Positions 63,245 to 64,000 of a stretch of 64,000 bases of DNA are shown here, piece after piece. The notes beneath the pieces were generated by a model. The model did no database searches. It had not been told where the DNA came from and saw only the letters and a list, made by a program, of their open reading frames with translations. The translations under genes were made by a program, and so were the position numbers. Positions within the stretch are counted from its first letter, which is position 1. Every line of letters starts with the position of its first letter. The stretch spans positions 310,001 through 374,000 of the forward strand of contig JASANG010004046.1 in assembly GCA_030248215.1 (NCBI GenBank), written 5' to 3'. The stretch is from Enoplolaimus lenunculus. Taxonomy: Eukaryota.

Positions 63245-63830
63245 TCCGCTGGTTTGGTAGGAAAAATCATAAGCATTTTTGGCTGGCAAAACTGAAAAAT
63301 TCAAACGCCTAGATTCTAGGCTAGGTTCACACACCGGGAAAAGTGGAAAATTTAAACGTATAGGTTTTCTTTAGGCCTGGTAGGAAAAGAATAGCTTGAT
63401 TGGTTTGGCTGGAAAATTGTGATGGTTAGGTTCGGAAAACGGGAAAGAGAAAAATTCAAGCGTTATGTCATTCCTTTTGGTTGGTAGGGAAAGTTAGAGG
63501 TGTAGGATGTGGGAAATTTGAATGTATGTTTTCACGTGGTTTGGTAGGAAAAATTTGAAGCATAACTTTTGTTGGAAAACAGGAAAATTGGAAAATTTGA
63601 ACGCCTAGATTGTCTACGGGTTGAAAACGGAATCTGAAGCGTAGGCTTTGTTTTGAAAATCGGCTGGTTTGACAAGAAAATTTTGAAGCGTAGGTTTTGT
63701 TTAGAAAACAGGAAAAGTGGAAATTTTAACGCCCAGGTTTTCCCTGGGTTGGTCGAGAAAATCTGTGACTTAGGACTCATTTATAAAACAGAAAAAGTGG
63801 CAAATTTAAACGCTGGATTTTTCTTGTTTA
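63245..63830. repeat. Degenerate tandem repeat (GGTTTGGTAGGAAAA..AAATTT(A/G)AACGC motifs)
   Basis: Motifs recur at roughly 25-45 bp spacing. Confidence 0.6.
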
Positions 63831-64000
63831 TGGGTCATCCACGTTATACTGTCTACTGTAGTGACCCGAATAAGAGGATGTGGGGTAATAAGAGGGGTCC
63901 CCATTTTGATTCCTATTCAATAGGAGTCCGTAAGCGGATAGAGTCCTTAAATCCTAATTAGAGTCCATGAATTCAGTTATTCCTAATTGTAGTGCATAAA

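Overview
AT-rich, repeat-dense eukaryotic DNA with kb-sized spliceosomal introns, most likely from a nematode (abundant TTAGGC, the nematode telomeric repeat; TTTCAG-type acceptors; nematode-like gene families). Three protein-coding genes can be reconstructed by hand. (1) A DEG/ENaC channel subunit on +, 5'-truncated by the window, with 13 exons in 1..11464 and a GC-AG intron. (2) A two-exon FMRFamide-receptor-like class A GPCR on - (20755..23978, ~924 aa) with a ~440-aa third intracellular loop. (3) A four-exon PP1-type phosphatase on + (57175..62770, 331 aa). Introns and intergenic DNA are largely built from short non-autonomous DNA transposons, classified here only from termini and target-site duplications (hAT-, piggyBac-, P/Galileo-, Harbinger-, CACTG- and Merlin-like). 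The most notable observations are: a GG-terminated, 8-bp-TSD MITE family (about 11 copies) whose interior is a degenerate telomeric TTAGGC array, plus a sister element carrying a TGTCCC satellite; a TTAA-flanked MITE with an internal tRNA-type A/B-box promoter; a minimal type-I hammerhead ribozyme motif; and a 94-bp minisatellite formed from a MITE end. No database searches were run, so all family assignments are motif-based.
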